A program made the translations under genes and the position numbers. Shown piece by piece: positions 11,668 through 22,833 of a DNA stretch of 62,564 bases (its first letter is position 1; each line of letters begins with the position of its first letter). The notes under the pieces were generated by a model. That model did not search any database, had not been told where the DNA came from, and was given only the letters and a program-made list of their open reading frames with translations. The DNA comes from Thraustochytrium aureum (Eukaryota): assembly GCA_012862495.1 (NCBI GenBank), contig BLSG01000084.1, positions 228,838-291,401 of the forward strand. The letters are read 5' to 3'.

Positions 11668-13754
11668 TTAATAGCAGACGGGAATGAAAACCAAGCCCGC
11701 AAGCACCACCACCGGGAAGACGAGCTGGACCACGTACACCAGCCACTGCACCATGCCGTCCACAATGTGGAAAGGGATGCGCTGCGCAGCTTTGCGGCGC
11801 ACCGTGCTGCGCACATCAAGCACAAGACGAACGCACCCCAGCACCGTGCCGACGTCCAGCAAAAATCTCTCCATAGAGCTCCGACCCGACCTGATCCGAC
11901 GAGCGCGCGTGCGCGGGACCTGCTCGTCCACCGAGGTAATGCGCTCGGGCACCGCGGACAGGAAAATGACCTTGTCCCAGCGCGACCAAGTCCGGTAAGC
12001 GCGATACTGGTCAAAAATGCCCACCGGGTGAGGCCGAAACAAATTCAACACCCTGTCGGCCAAGCTAAACACTGCAAGCTTCTTGGAAAACTGTGTGACG
12101 CCGTCCTCGTTGCCCTTCTTGCGCGCATACTGCGCGCACTCGTGAAACAAGGCGTCGTCGTGGGACATCCACCGGGGGTCGGCATCGTCGCGCTCCGCCA
12201 GCACGCCCTTTTTCAGCCGCGGAAGGTGCGAGGTCGACGCGGCGCCCAGCACCTTCGAGTACTCCGCAGGGTCAATGTCGTAGACGTGGCAAAACGTGGC
12301 AGGGTCGGCAATCACGCGGAGCCGGACGTGCGCTTGGAGCACCAGCTGCCAGCCCCCGGCGTTCAAATACCGGTTGCTGTCGTCGTACCAGTCGGCTGCG
12401 GCGATTTGTTCGTCGATTTGATGGATAAACTCGCCCGCGAGAGCGTTGAGGATGATTTCAAGCACGTCCTCCGTGTTGAACAGGATGAACAGCATCACAC
12501 CGTAGAGCCAACTCACAAAGGCGGTGTTCATGTACCGATCGATCTTGTACCCGAGCTTTTGCGTCATCGTGTCGTCGCCTTGGTCCCACACCACCTGGCG
12601 CAGAGAGTTGAGCTTGCTGTACGTCGTCGACGACTCGCCCGTGGTGCGGTAAAACTTGTTCAGGCTCTCCGGAATCACCGTCAGCAGGTAGACCATGAGC
12701 ACAGCTTGGACCATGAGCTTGCCCAACAGTTCGCCGTCCCCGCTGCAGACCGTGTCCCAATGCGCTTCAATTTCAAACCTGTCCGGGCCAAACGTGGCCT
12801 CGAACCGCTTGGACTTGACCAGCGCGTTGACCAACAGGATCATCGGGATCGTGAGCTGCAGCACAAAGCAGAACAGAGCAAAAAGTGACCCGCTGCCCAG
12901 CACAGACATGTAGGTGTAGACGGACATGTCCTCGTCGTCAAAGCGCCACTCGTTCTGCTTTTCCGTGATGTGGTCCAACAGCTCGAACGGGGTGATCAGG
13001 TGGTTCCGCAGCATCTCCTGGAGGCTCCTCGGGTACGACCTGAACAGTTCGGCGAACTCGGTGTTGCGCTCGTCGTTGACCCACTCGTTGAACATGTCGT
13101 CTGCCAGCTTTTGGCAGTCCACCTCCATAAAGTCTCGCTCGTGGTCCTCCTGAAAACGGACGTACCTCTCGGTCTTGAGCAGCGCAAACTGCTGCCACAC
13201 CCAGGGCCGCCGCCCAAACACGGCTTTCAGGCCCTGCTCTGTGGCGCGGATGTTGCTCTCGGGCAAGAGCGTCTCGTTGCCCACGTTGAAGTAGATCTCA
13301 AACTTGGGCTCGAGCCCTTTGTTGGCGGGGTCGTTCCAGTCCCACGAGTCGGGAGCCTGCTTGACCACGCCGCGGACTTGTGCGACGTGCCACTTCATGT
13401 CTTGCCCGAGAAACTCGACCCAGTCGCCGCGGGACCAGGTCGTTGATTCGTTTTGGCCCTGGTCGAGGATCGTCCTGACCAGCTCCTGCAAGGTGGGTAC
13501 CACCGCAACTCCGGGTAAAGCCTGCGCACGATCAGTCGCGCCTGCGCTCGGATTTCGTCCAGGTCCTCCACCTCGCTCTCGCCGTCGCTCATCCACGCGC
13601 CAGAGTCGTCGACATCCAGCGAGAGCGTCGCTTCGTCCAGGAGCTTGAGCCTGCCACCCACTTTGGCGCGCATTTTGGTCTCGGCATTCGACGGCGCGTC
13701 CGCCGAGCTGACGGCCCGCCCGCTTTCGGGCGAGTCTGACGACGGCGGCCGCAT
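11668..13754 (-). CDS. Uncharacterised multi-pass membrane protein (~690 aa); probable frameshift at ~13500
   Basis: Long ORF with about 5-6 hydrophobic segments (e.g. LFALFCFVLQLTIPMILLVNAL; VVQLVFPVVVLAGLVFIPVCY). The N-terminus (MRPPSS...EIRAQARLIVRRLYPELR) is in the adjacent frame. Confidence 0.75.
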
Positions 13755-14547
13755 CGCGACCGGTGTATTCAGGCGCTTGCTTGCGCGCTTGCTTGGCGGC
13801 GAGTTGCGCTGGGCAGTCCAGGGCTTGCGCGCGTGCTGGACGGCGATGCGGGACTGCAGACTCCTCTGAGAGTCTGCAACGAGTGCATCGAGCTGGGTGT
13901 GCACGCCGCATGTGCGCCGTGCTGGGCGCTGGCTACCCCCTCCTTGCTCGCACTTCGTACGGCAGGCGCGGCTTGCGGCTCCAGCGAGCGAGCTGCCCTG
14001 GCTCGCAGCGGCTTGGCGCCTGCGAGCGCGCCTGCACGTGCTTGCGCTCGCGGGGTCGGAGGGGAGGGAGGAAGTAGGGTACTTCGTCTGTAAACCCCTT
14101 GGGTCGTCGTCGTCATCGCATTCTGTAGTGGATGGGGCGCTCGCTGCGCTGTGGATCCTCATCAACTCGGATGCTCGCTCGCTGCTCAAGGTTCCAGTCT
14201 CGTTGAACGCCTCCCCGGCCCGAGCCGCTCGTTGGGGACAGCACCTTTGCTCGGACTGGGAAGGCGTTCCAAGAAAAGCACCAGTTCGGCCAGTTCCGGC
14301 AGGTTGTGCGGACTTGCTCTAGCCTAGCTAGTAGAGTAAGTACCATTCCATCCAAACTGCAGCTGGCGACCAGGCCGGGAGCTTGCGGAAACAGACAAGT
14401 TCGTCTGCCGGGCGGGAGGCAGCAGATACGCACTCCATCCATGGGAAAGTGGAGTACTCTAGAGCTAGCAGAGATTCATTCGAATTTTTGAGGTCTTCCC
14501 CAAGGAGGTACTCAGCGTAGTAGCACCCCAACCACACGGTGTATACA

Positions 14548-17174
14548 TCAAGCCAGCGCCTCTGCAGCATTGGCATGCTCGCGCGGCGCCATCGGGCCCT
14601 TCGTTTCGGAGCTAGCCGCGGAGCCAAGGTTGGCTTTGGGCTTTTGGACGTTGGTCGACGAGACCTTGGACGTCTTCGACGAGACCTTGGACGTCTTCGA
14701 CGAGACCTTGGAGGTCTTCGACGAGACCTTGGAGGTCTTCGGCGAGGCGTTGGATGTCTTCGCCGGGGTCTTGGAGGTCTTAGACGAGGCGTTAGACGTC
14801 TTCGAGACCTTGGGCTTTTGGATCTGGGCTTTGGTTGCCCGCGGCAAGCCGCGGCCAGTGGCGCGCTGAGCATACTCCTCCAGCCCGCGGTGAATTTGCG
14901 CAGTGCACTCGTTGCGCTGCGCGAGCACCGGCTCGCGCTCCTCGTCCGTGTGGTTGAACCGGTAAGAAAGCCACAAGCTGAGGTCCAGCACAGAGTACAC
15001 CCTCTCGAGCGCGCGCACGTCGACCACAGCGGGCTGGTTCGGCGGCAACGGGCGGATCCGTATCTGCGGAAGGACGGGGCTAGGTCGTGTGGGCATCGGC
15101 ATCGCCTTGGACTCTATCACGAATATCCCAAAGAGGTCGAGGTAGAAGGGGTCGCTAAAGCTTCTCTCCAAGATCTCCCGGGCCGACTTGGCATGCATCG
15201 AGGCATACTTGACGTATGCCGTGCGCACTGCGTCCGTGCCCAAGTTAACCGGGGCGTCGAGAAGAGTCTGCAGGGAATGGATGTCCAGAGGAATCCCACG
15301 AAGAGCCTCGAGGCGCTCCTCCATCTCGACCACGTACGAAACGAGAAACGGCGAGGCGCCCGGCGCACGTTTGGTTAGCTCACGAAACGCCCCGACCTCG
15401 TCCATGACGGCTCGCAACGAGTTCGTCACCGCAAGACCCACCATTTCGTCCGCTTGCCGCCGCAGCGCCCGCACAATCTTGACGCGCTCTTTGGAGTCTT
15501 TCGTCTCGGCGAGGAGCTCGCGCTGCGAATCTATGTAGTCTTGAAACGGGTCTAGGTCAGCCTTGAGCGTGTCCACGAAAATGTTGTGGAAGCGCGCGCG
15601 CAAAAACTCCTTGGGGGGGTAGACGTAGGCGTACTGGACCGGTATGGGCTTTGATATGGCCATCGCGGTGCGCACGAGGGCGTGGTCCTTGGGCGACATG
15701 GCCGCCGCGAAGCCCTCGGCCTCGTCCGTGTGCCCGTACCTGCCAGCGCGCCCCGCGATTTGTTTGATCTCGCGCGCAGTCAGCTCGCGCTGCTCGTTTC
15801 CGTCAAACTTTGTCATCGTTGCGAAGATGACGCGCTTGATGCGCAGGTTGAGGCCCATCCCAACTGCGTCCGTGGCGACGAGGACCTGGAACGCCTTGCC
15901 CTCGTTGAACAGCGTGGCCTGCAGCTTGCGGGTCTCTGGCGGCAGCGAGCCGTACACGATCGCGCACTTGAGCTTGGTGCGCTGCTCGATGAGTTCCTTC
16001 AGCTTGAAGACGTCCTTTCGCGAGAAGACGACCACGCAGTCCCCGGTCCGCACCTTGCTGAGGTCGCCCAAGGGGTCTTTGGCGTGCGTCAGGGCCGACA
16101 GTCGCTTGTATCGGACTACCTCGAGCTCGTCGCCCGTGATTTTGCAGATCCGCTGCACGAGCTCGGCGACGCCCTCTTCGCCGCAAAGGTGGATCTCGTC
16201 GGCCTGCAGGCCCAGGAGCGCGCGCGTAAAGGCCCACCCTCGGTCGTCGCTGTTCATGAGTTGGATCTCATCCACGACGGCCACGTCAAAGCGCTTTTCA
16301 AGGTTTGCCATTTCGACCGTGCAGGCGGTGATTTTGCTGTCCTCCACTTCGACAAGCTCTTGCCCGGTCACGAGGTCGCAGTTCAGGTCGTTGGCGACCT
16401 GCCATGCTAGCAGCCGCAGAGGGGCCGCATAGAGCCCGCACTCGGCGTTGCGAAGCCGCTCGAGGGCTTTGTATGTTTTCCCCGAGTTGGTCGGCCCGCA
16501 GTGCAAGACCACCTTGCGATTCAACTGGCGGGCGCCTTCGAACCAAAGGTGCGGCCCATCGACGTCAATGCGCCCAAACTCGGGCCGCCGGATACCGCGG
16601 TACGCGGCGCGCTCCTCGACCTCCTCCGCCTCGTCCTCGTCGTCGGAGTCGCACATGGCTTGCGCCAATTCGACTTCGTCGAGGCCCAGATCGCCCACGA
16701 GGTCCAGGCCGAATCCATGCGCGCTGGCAGAACTGCTAACTTTTGGCGCCACGGCTACAGTGGGCGCTGCTTGCGCGCTCGCAGACTTGCTCGCAGACTT
16801 GCTCGCAGACTTGCTCGCAGACTTGCTCGCAGACTTGCTCGCAGACTTGCTCGCAGACTTGCTCGCAGACTTGCTCGCAGACTTGCTCGCAGACTTGCTC
16901 GCAGACTTGCTCGCAGACTTGCTCGCAGACTTGCTAACTTTCGGCGCCGCGGCAGCAGCGGGAGTTCCTGGCGCGGCCATTACCTTCAGCTGTATGGGCG
17001 GGTCTGCCGTGCCGAAGTGTTCGAAGACCAGACGGGTGACTACTGGTTGGGGTTTCGCTTCTGGGGCCTGCGCGATCGGCTTGCTCGCGACTTGTACAGG
17101 CGTGACGGCGGCCGTCTCCTGCACCTTCCGCTCCGCTTGCTCCTCCGGCAGCTCGCTGAGCGCGCCGAACTTGG
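14548..17174 (-). CDS. SUV3: Mitochondrial ATP-dependent RNA helicase SUV3 (5' end in or beyond the gap)
   Basis: HCGPTNSGKT, APLRLLA, CTVEM, DEIQ, RGWAFTRALLG, VATDAVGMGLNL and QIAGRAGRYG motifs. Confidence 0.95.
14645..14812. repeat. 21-bp coding tandem repeat (SKTSKVS)n in the SUV3 C-terminus
   Basis: Repeated GAGACCTTGGA(C/G)GTCTTCGAC units, degenerating toward both ends. Confidence 0.85.
16777..16932. repeat. Perfect 12-bp minisatellite GCTCGCAGACTT x13 encoding (KSAS)n in the SUV3 N-terminal region
   Basis: 13 identical units counted directly. Confidence 0.95.
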
Positions 17175-18013
17175 NNNNNNNNNNNNNNNNNNNNNNNNNN
17201 NNNNNNNNNNNNNNNNNNNNNNNNNNNNNNNNNNNNNNNNNNNNNNNNNNNNNNNNNNNNNNNNNNNNNNNNNNNNNNNNNNNNNNNNNNNNNNNNNNNN
17301 NNNNNNNNNNNNNNNNNNNNNNNNNNNNNNNNNNNNNNNNNNNNNNNNNNNNNNNNNNNNNNNNNNNNNNNNNNNNNNNNNNNNNNNNNNNNNNNNNNNN
17401 NNNNNNNNNNNNNNNNNNNNNNNNNNNNNNNNNNNNNNNNNNNNNNNNNNNNNNNNNNNNNNNNNNNNNNNNNNNNNNNNNNNNNNNNNNNNNNNNNNNN
17501 NNNNNNNNNNNNNNNNNNNNNNNNNNNNNNNNNNNNNNNNNNNNNNNNNNNNNNNNNNNNNNNNNNNNNNNNNNNNNNNNNNNNNNNNNNNNNNNNNNNN
17601 NNNNNNNNNNNNNNNNNNNNNNNNNNNNNNNNNNNNNNNNNNNNNNNNNNNNNNNNNNNNNNNNNNNNNNNNNNNNNNNNNNNNNNNNNNNNNNNNNNNN
17701 NNNNNNNNNNNNNNNNNNNNCGAGCGTGGGCAACCTTTGGCGCTGCCCACGCTGTCAGACCAACCAACAGGCCTTCATTGCATGTGACATCGCAACGCCT
17801 CTCATGTCGCCTCGGGGAGCGCCAGATTAGCCCTGAGCCCGAGTGGGCGAGTATGGCCAAAACGCCACGAAAAATTGCACGTGTTGAGCAACATCCAGGC
17901 TCAGAGGCGTGAATGTTCATGTTTTGCTGCTGCTTTTGGCGTTGGTTTGGCTCCTCGATCTGGCAAACCAGCTTCCCCAACCGCTCCCTGCCCGGCGACC
18001 TTCGAGCAGGACG

Positions 18014-19129
18014 ATGCCGACGCTGCAGCGCAACCGTTCCGCATGCTCGCCCACGCACAAGCGACACGTGAGCGACGAGCTGTGGCTTCTCGATGCGGAG
18101 GAGCACGAGCGCCATGCGAAGCAAGCTGCGACAAGGTTTGGGAAAACCCTCTTCGTCGTCCTTGCAATCCTGGTCTGGTGGAATGCGATGTGGGCAACAA
18201 ATCGCCCGAGGCAGCTCGACGAGGAGTCAAATGCGGCTGCGCCGCCGCGCACTTGTGCATACCTTAGCACAGAGAGGGTTGCCTCGCGGCGCAGAGCCTG
18301 GGCCGCGCGCCTCGGGGGCAACGCCAGATCGCCCAAAGTCGCTGTGCTCACGATGATGCATGGGGCCAACGCCAACGTCAAGCACGCCTCACTTGAGAAC
18401 AAGCGCCAGTACGCCATGGCGAACAACTACGACCTCATCGTGGCCGGTGAGGGCGACATCGACACCTCGCGGCCTCCTGCATGGTCCAAATTCCTCCTCC
18501 TGGCCAGGCACCTGCCCGCGTACGACCTTGCGCTTTGGCTCGACGCAGACGCCCTCGTTGGCAACTTTAGCGTGCGCGTGGAAGACCTCGCTGACCCAGG
18601 CCATGACCTGTGGCTTGCGCGGGACGAGAACGACGTGAACACTGGCGTCATGCTTTTGCGCAACACGCCGTGGGCCATCTGGTTCCTGCGCACCGCTTGG
18701 GAGCAAGACTTTCTCGTGTCTGGCAAATGGCCCTTCAAGTACGAGCAGCGCGCCGTTCACTACATGCTGGGTACCCCGCTCATGCGGGCAGCGGCGCCTC
18801 CGTTCCCGCTCACTCACGAGGTGCGCAGTCGTGTTGCCGAGATCCCGCACTGCGCCTTCAACTCCAACATCTGCGAAGAGTTTTGGGCGGGCCTCGCTCT
18901 CTGGCGCCGCGCCCCGTGGTTCGGCCACTGGTGCGACAACGTCTACCAAAAGGGGGACTTTGTGCTGCACTTTGCTGGCAAGTCACCTGCGCTGTATCGC
19001 GACTGGCTCATACTTGAGTTTGCGGCTGCATTTCAGGACCGCTATTACACCTCTGTGGTCTCAGCAGGTGCCCAAGCCCGTGGCACGTCGTTGCGCGGTG
19101 CGCCGCCCGCTCTCGAGACTTTGGCATGA
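18014..19129 (+). CDS. Glycosyltransferase family 34 (GMA12/MNN10-type), type II membrane protein
   Basis: TM segment LFVVLAILVWW; ENKRQYA, PPAWSK, WLDADA (DxD), NTGVMLLRN, YEQRA and GDFVLHFAG; first in-frame ATG at 18014. Confidence 0.9.
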   Translation: MPTLQRNRSACSPTHKRHVSDELWLLDAEEHERHAKQAATRFGKTLFVVLAILVWWNAMWATNRPRQLDEESNAAAPPRTCAYLSTERVASRRRAWAARLGGNARSPKVAVLTMMHGANANVKHASLENKRQYAMANNYDLIVAGEGDIDTSRPPAWSKFLLLARHLPAYDLALWLDADALVGNFSVRVEDLADPGHDLWLARDENDVNTGVMLLRNTPWAIWFLRTAWEQDFLVSGKWPFKYEQRAVHYMLGTPLMRAAAPPFPLTHEVRSRVAEIPHCAFNSNICEEFWAGLALWRRAPWFGHWCDNVYQKGDFVLHFAGKSPALYRDWLILEFAAAFQDRYYTSVVSAGAQARGTSLRGAPPALETLA

Positions 19130-19895
19130 GTCGCCCCACGAACAGTGCGCGCGCCCGTCTCTGGGCCGCACAGAGCAGACACCCAACATACGCGAAGCGT
19201 GGCCCCGGATCGGTTCAGAATTGGCGCTCTGAGACCAGCATCGGCCACGTAAAAGGACGTTCCCTTGTACCCGTCCATCTGGCTCGGAGTGTGACTTTTT
19301 ATCAAGGTCAAGTCTTCCACGCTGGGCCACCGCGAGCCGTGGGGGGCCTGCGGGCAGGTCTTTGTTGCCCAACAGGTCTTTGTCGAACGGCAAACCTTGG
19401 CGGCAACATGTAGAGATCGCTTTCACAGGACAAGGAGGGAAGCTTTGCCACGCGTCGTATTTGCGCTTCGCGTGGCGCAGGCGGCCAGAGGCTGGTTCCG
19501 ACGAGGCAATCAACAGAGCTTGTTAAGATGTGCAGTGAATGTCAAAGAGAACTCTAATTGTGAACCAGGGCTTTTCTGAACTGACCATGAATGACGAGTC
19601 CTCGCACCACCCCACGCCGACGCCGACGCAAGCGTTGTCGTGTCTTCCTTGCGACCTGCGCTTTCGCTCCGCCATGGGGCTGAAGGACGGAACAGAAAGT
19701 ACTTGCACCCGCAGAGCTCAGAATCACGAAGGGCCGACGCAGGCTCGCAAAGCGCCTCAGATTAGTGTTGGCAATGGAGGTTGAGAAATGACCGTGGGTT
19801 GACATTTTAAAAAGCACAGAGATAGTATTACGACGGCCCGATGCCGCTTTGAAAGTCTGCGCACGGTTTCGTGTGGGATCCGGCCCTTTAAGTGG

Positions 19896-20213
19896 CTAGT
19901 TCCGGGCGGCGACGTACGCGGCGGCGCCGGCCAGCAGCAGGGAGCCGGTCGTCATCGCGCCAGAGCTGCAGGGCAGCTGGCAGTCGGAACTGGCCTTGTT
20001 TAGCTCCTCGCACTCAGCGACGACTTGGGAAGTTGCGCAGTCGTTGTCAGTGTAGCACGCAAAGGCTTGGCGGTACAGATCCTGGGCAACGGCGCAATCG
20101 CCAGTCGTCGGGATGGTGATGCTCGCAAAGCATGCGGCGGCTGCAACTGCGTTGCACTCAGCGCGCGCGGTCGACACCACAGCGGCGCCAGCGAGGAGGG
20201 CGAAGAGCTTCAT
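19896..20213 (-). CDS. Small secreted 8-Cys protein, probably GPI-anchored (105 aa)
   Basis: Signal peptide MKLFALLAGAAVVSTARA, 8 Cys, SSG omega-like site followed by hydrophobic tail GSLLLAGAAAYVAA; AAA context before the ATG. Confidence 0.8.
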   Translation of the reverse strand: MKLFALLAGAAVVSTARAECNAVAAAACFASITIPTTGDCAVAQDLYRQAFACYTDNDCATSQVVAECEELNKASSDCQLPCSSGAMTTGSLLLAGAAAYVAARN

Positions 20214-22036
20214 TTTGCTTGGGTGGTTCTGGGTTGTCGAGGTCGATTGCTTGTTGTTTGTCTTGGTTGTTCGAGTGTTTGGCGTTGCGGGTCTGCCTGA
20301 TTGCCTGGCGCGGGATCATCGCGGAGCCGGCCATGGCTCATTGTGCGTATTCGGCGCCGTTCTCGTTCTCGATGAGGGCTCAGTGGCCTTGTGGGTATTC
20401 ACGAAATGTGCGAGCTGAACTCGTCATTTTGAAAATCGTCTGATGAACCACAACGAAAAAAAGAACGGTTCTGGCACCGTAGATGACATGCCACTGGTAA
20501 TGTTCAAGGGTGCACTCCCTGGACTGGGCGTCAACCATCGTGGCCGCGAGGCTTGGAGCTCCGTTGCACAACAACTCGAGAGTCGGCACGACCACCAACT
20601 CGAGCGTCGTCAGCAAGCAAAATCCACTTTTGGTCAATGTCTCCACGAACAACTCTTTGTGTTTCCTTGTGATGTCCGACCCATAATTCCTCTGTTTTGG
20701 TGTCCTTTCGAGGAGAATAATTCTTCTCTTTTGGTGTCGTCCGATTTTTCCTCCTGCCTCGATGAATTTGAAAGCTTTGACGATGGTTTTGGCAATGTCG
20801 GTTTTGGTTTTTTTTCCACCACCGCACTGGCGCCACGCAGACGCAGGCAGGCTCGGCTCGCACGCTGGCAGACGGCCGCGAAAGGCGCGCTGCGGAGCTG
20901 GCTGGCGCTCTGGTGGTGCTGGTGCCATTGCTGGTGCTGGTGCTGGTGCTGGGCCGCTTTTGACAGATTCGCGCTCCAGTCGAACGCTGCTCGTTGGCAA
21001 GCGTCGCGTTGCAGTCCACGCGCAAGACACCCGGGGCGATTCAGCCTGGCACGCGCTCTCGACGAAGCGAACGGCGCCGTCCNNNNNNNNNNNNNNNNNN
21101 NNNNNNNNNNNNNNNNNNNNNNNNNNNNNNNNNNNNNNNNNNNNNNNNNNNNNNNNNNNNNNNNNNNNNNNNNNNNNNNNNNNNNNNNNNNNNNNNNNNN
21201 NNNNNNNNNNNNNNNNNNNNNNNNNNNNNNNNNNNNNNNNNNNNNNNNNNNNNNNNNNNNNNNNNNNNNNNNNNNNNNNNNNNNNNNNNNNNNNNNNNNN
21301 NNNNNNNNNNNNNNNNNNNNNNNNNNNNNNNNNNNNNNNNNNNNNNNNNNNNNNNNNNNNNNNNNNNNNNNNNNNNNNNNNNNNNNNNNNNNNNNNNNNN
21401 NNNNNNNNNNNNNNNNNNNNNNNNNNNNNNNNNNNNNNNNNNNNNNNNNNNNNNNNNNNNNNNNNNNNNNNNNNNNNNNNNNNNNNNNNNNNNNNNNNNN
21501 NNNNNNNNNNNNNNNNNNNNNNNNNNNNNNNNNNNNNNNNNNNNNNNNNNNNNNNNNNNNNNNNNNNNNNNNNNNNNNNNNNNNNNNNNNNNNNNNNNNN
21601 NNNNNNNNNNNNNNNNNNNNNNNNNNNNNNNNNNNNNNNNNNNNNNNNNNNNNNNNNNNNNNNNNNNNNNNNNNNNNNNNNNNNNNNNNNNNNNNNNNNN
21701 NNNNNNNNNNNNNNNNNNNNNNNNNNNNNNNNNNNNNNNNNNNNNNNNNNNNNNNNNNNNNNNNNNNNNNNNNNNNNNNNNNNNNNNNNNNNNNNNNNNN
21801 NNNNNNNNNNNNNNNNNNNNNNNNNNNNNNNNNNNNNNNNNNNNNNNNNNNNNNNNNNNNNNNNNNNNNNNNNNNNNNNNNNNNNNNNNNNNNNNNNNNN
21901 NNNNNNNNNNNNNNNNNNNNNNNNNNNNNNNNNNNNNNNNNNNNNNNNNNNNNNNNNNNNNNNNNNNNNNNNNNNNNNNNNNNNNNNNNNNNNNNNNNNN
22001 NNNNNNNNNNNNNNNNNNNNNNNNNNNNNNNNNNNN

Positions 22037-22732
22037 GACCACCCAATCCCGAGCCCCTCGCTTGAGGCTGGCGAGCACGTGAGCGCGGCGGTCGCCACGC
22101 GCGCCTGCTTGACTGGCGAGAAGGTTCCCAGGCCCGAACAGCTCCCGTCACCGAAGGAAATGCTCCAATACCAGGTCCGCTGCCTCAAGACGTTCATGGT
22201 GCGCTACAAGGCGTTTTATGACTCTGCGAGGGGGCCAGACCGCAGCACGGACCAAGCTGCTCCAACCAGCGAGTCTCGCGCGGGCCAGCCGACCGAGGCG
22301 CTGCGCGAGCTAAGCGCCAACGTCCAGCTCGGCCCGGAACGCGGACCGTCCAAGTCGGCCGCTCTGCGCGGCACGCGGACCCTGGGCCGCACCAAGTCAA
22401 TAGCGATCGATACGCTCGGCGCAGGCGGCCCCGAGCGGGCTCACTCGCTCGCGCTTCCGCACAGCTTTAGCGAGTCCGAGAACGACATTCTCCAGGAGCT
22501 GTCCAAGGAAAACAGTCGCGACAGCCACATCATTTTCGAGCGGGGCGCACTTCAACGCGGAGACACTATCACTTCGCTCGGCATGAGGTCCCTTCTGGGC
22601 GACGTGGACGCTGTTCAGGCCATGCTCGACGTTGGGGACGAGGAAGACGAGGAGGATGTCTTGGCCAGCAGCGCCAACCCGTTGCGGGCTTTCTCGCTTG
22701 GGGACAGCGGGGATAGGGACCTCGCCGGCTAG
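22037..22732 (+). CDS. C-terminal fragment of a hypothetical protein (5' part in gap)
   Basis: Open ~230-codon frame running from the gap to TAG 22730-22732 with protein-like composition; no motif recognised. Confidence 0.55.
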   Translation, partial: DHPIPSPSLEAGEHVSAAVATRACLTGEKVPRPEQLPSPKEMLQYQVRCLKTFMVRYKAFYDSARGPDRSTDQAAPTSESRAGQPTEALRELSANVQLGPERGPSKSAALRGTRTLGRTKSIAIDTLGAGGPERAHSLALPHSFSESENDILQELSKENSRDSHIIFERGALQRGDTITSLGMRSLLGDVDAVQAMLDVGDEEDEEDVLASSANPLRAFSLGDSGDRDLAG

Positions 22733-22833
22733 TCGCAAGTCGACTGCCGCGCCTTCCAGGACAATCTTTCTTTTCCTTCTTTCTGAAAAAAGTGCCGCTG
22801 CCCTACTTGTAAAAACCTACTTGCGGCCTCCGC

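Noticed and set aside
16743..16937. (SQTC)n, (ADLL)n and (RRLA)n repeat ORFs
   Set aside because: Alternative frames of the 12-bp SUV3 minisatellite.
17909..18013. GTG start giving GT34 an extra hydrophobic leader
   Set aside because: Eukaryotic context favours ATG 18014, which already yields the normal type II topology.
20380..22197. Very long ORFs spanning N-gaps
   Set aside because: Their length comes from untranslatable N runs, not coding evidence.
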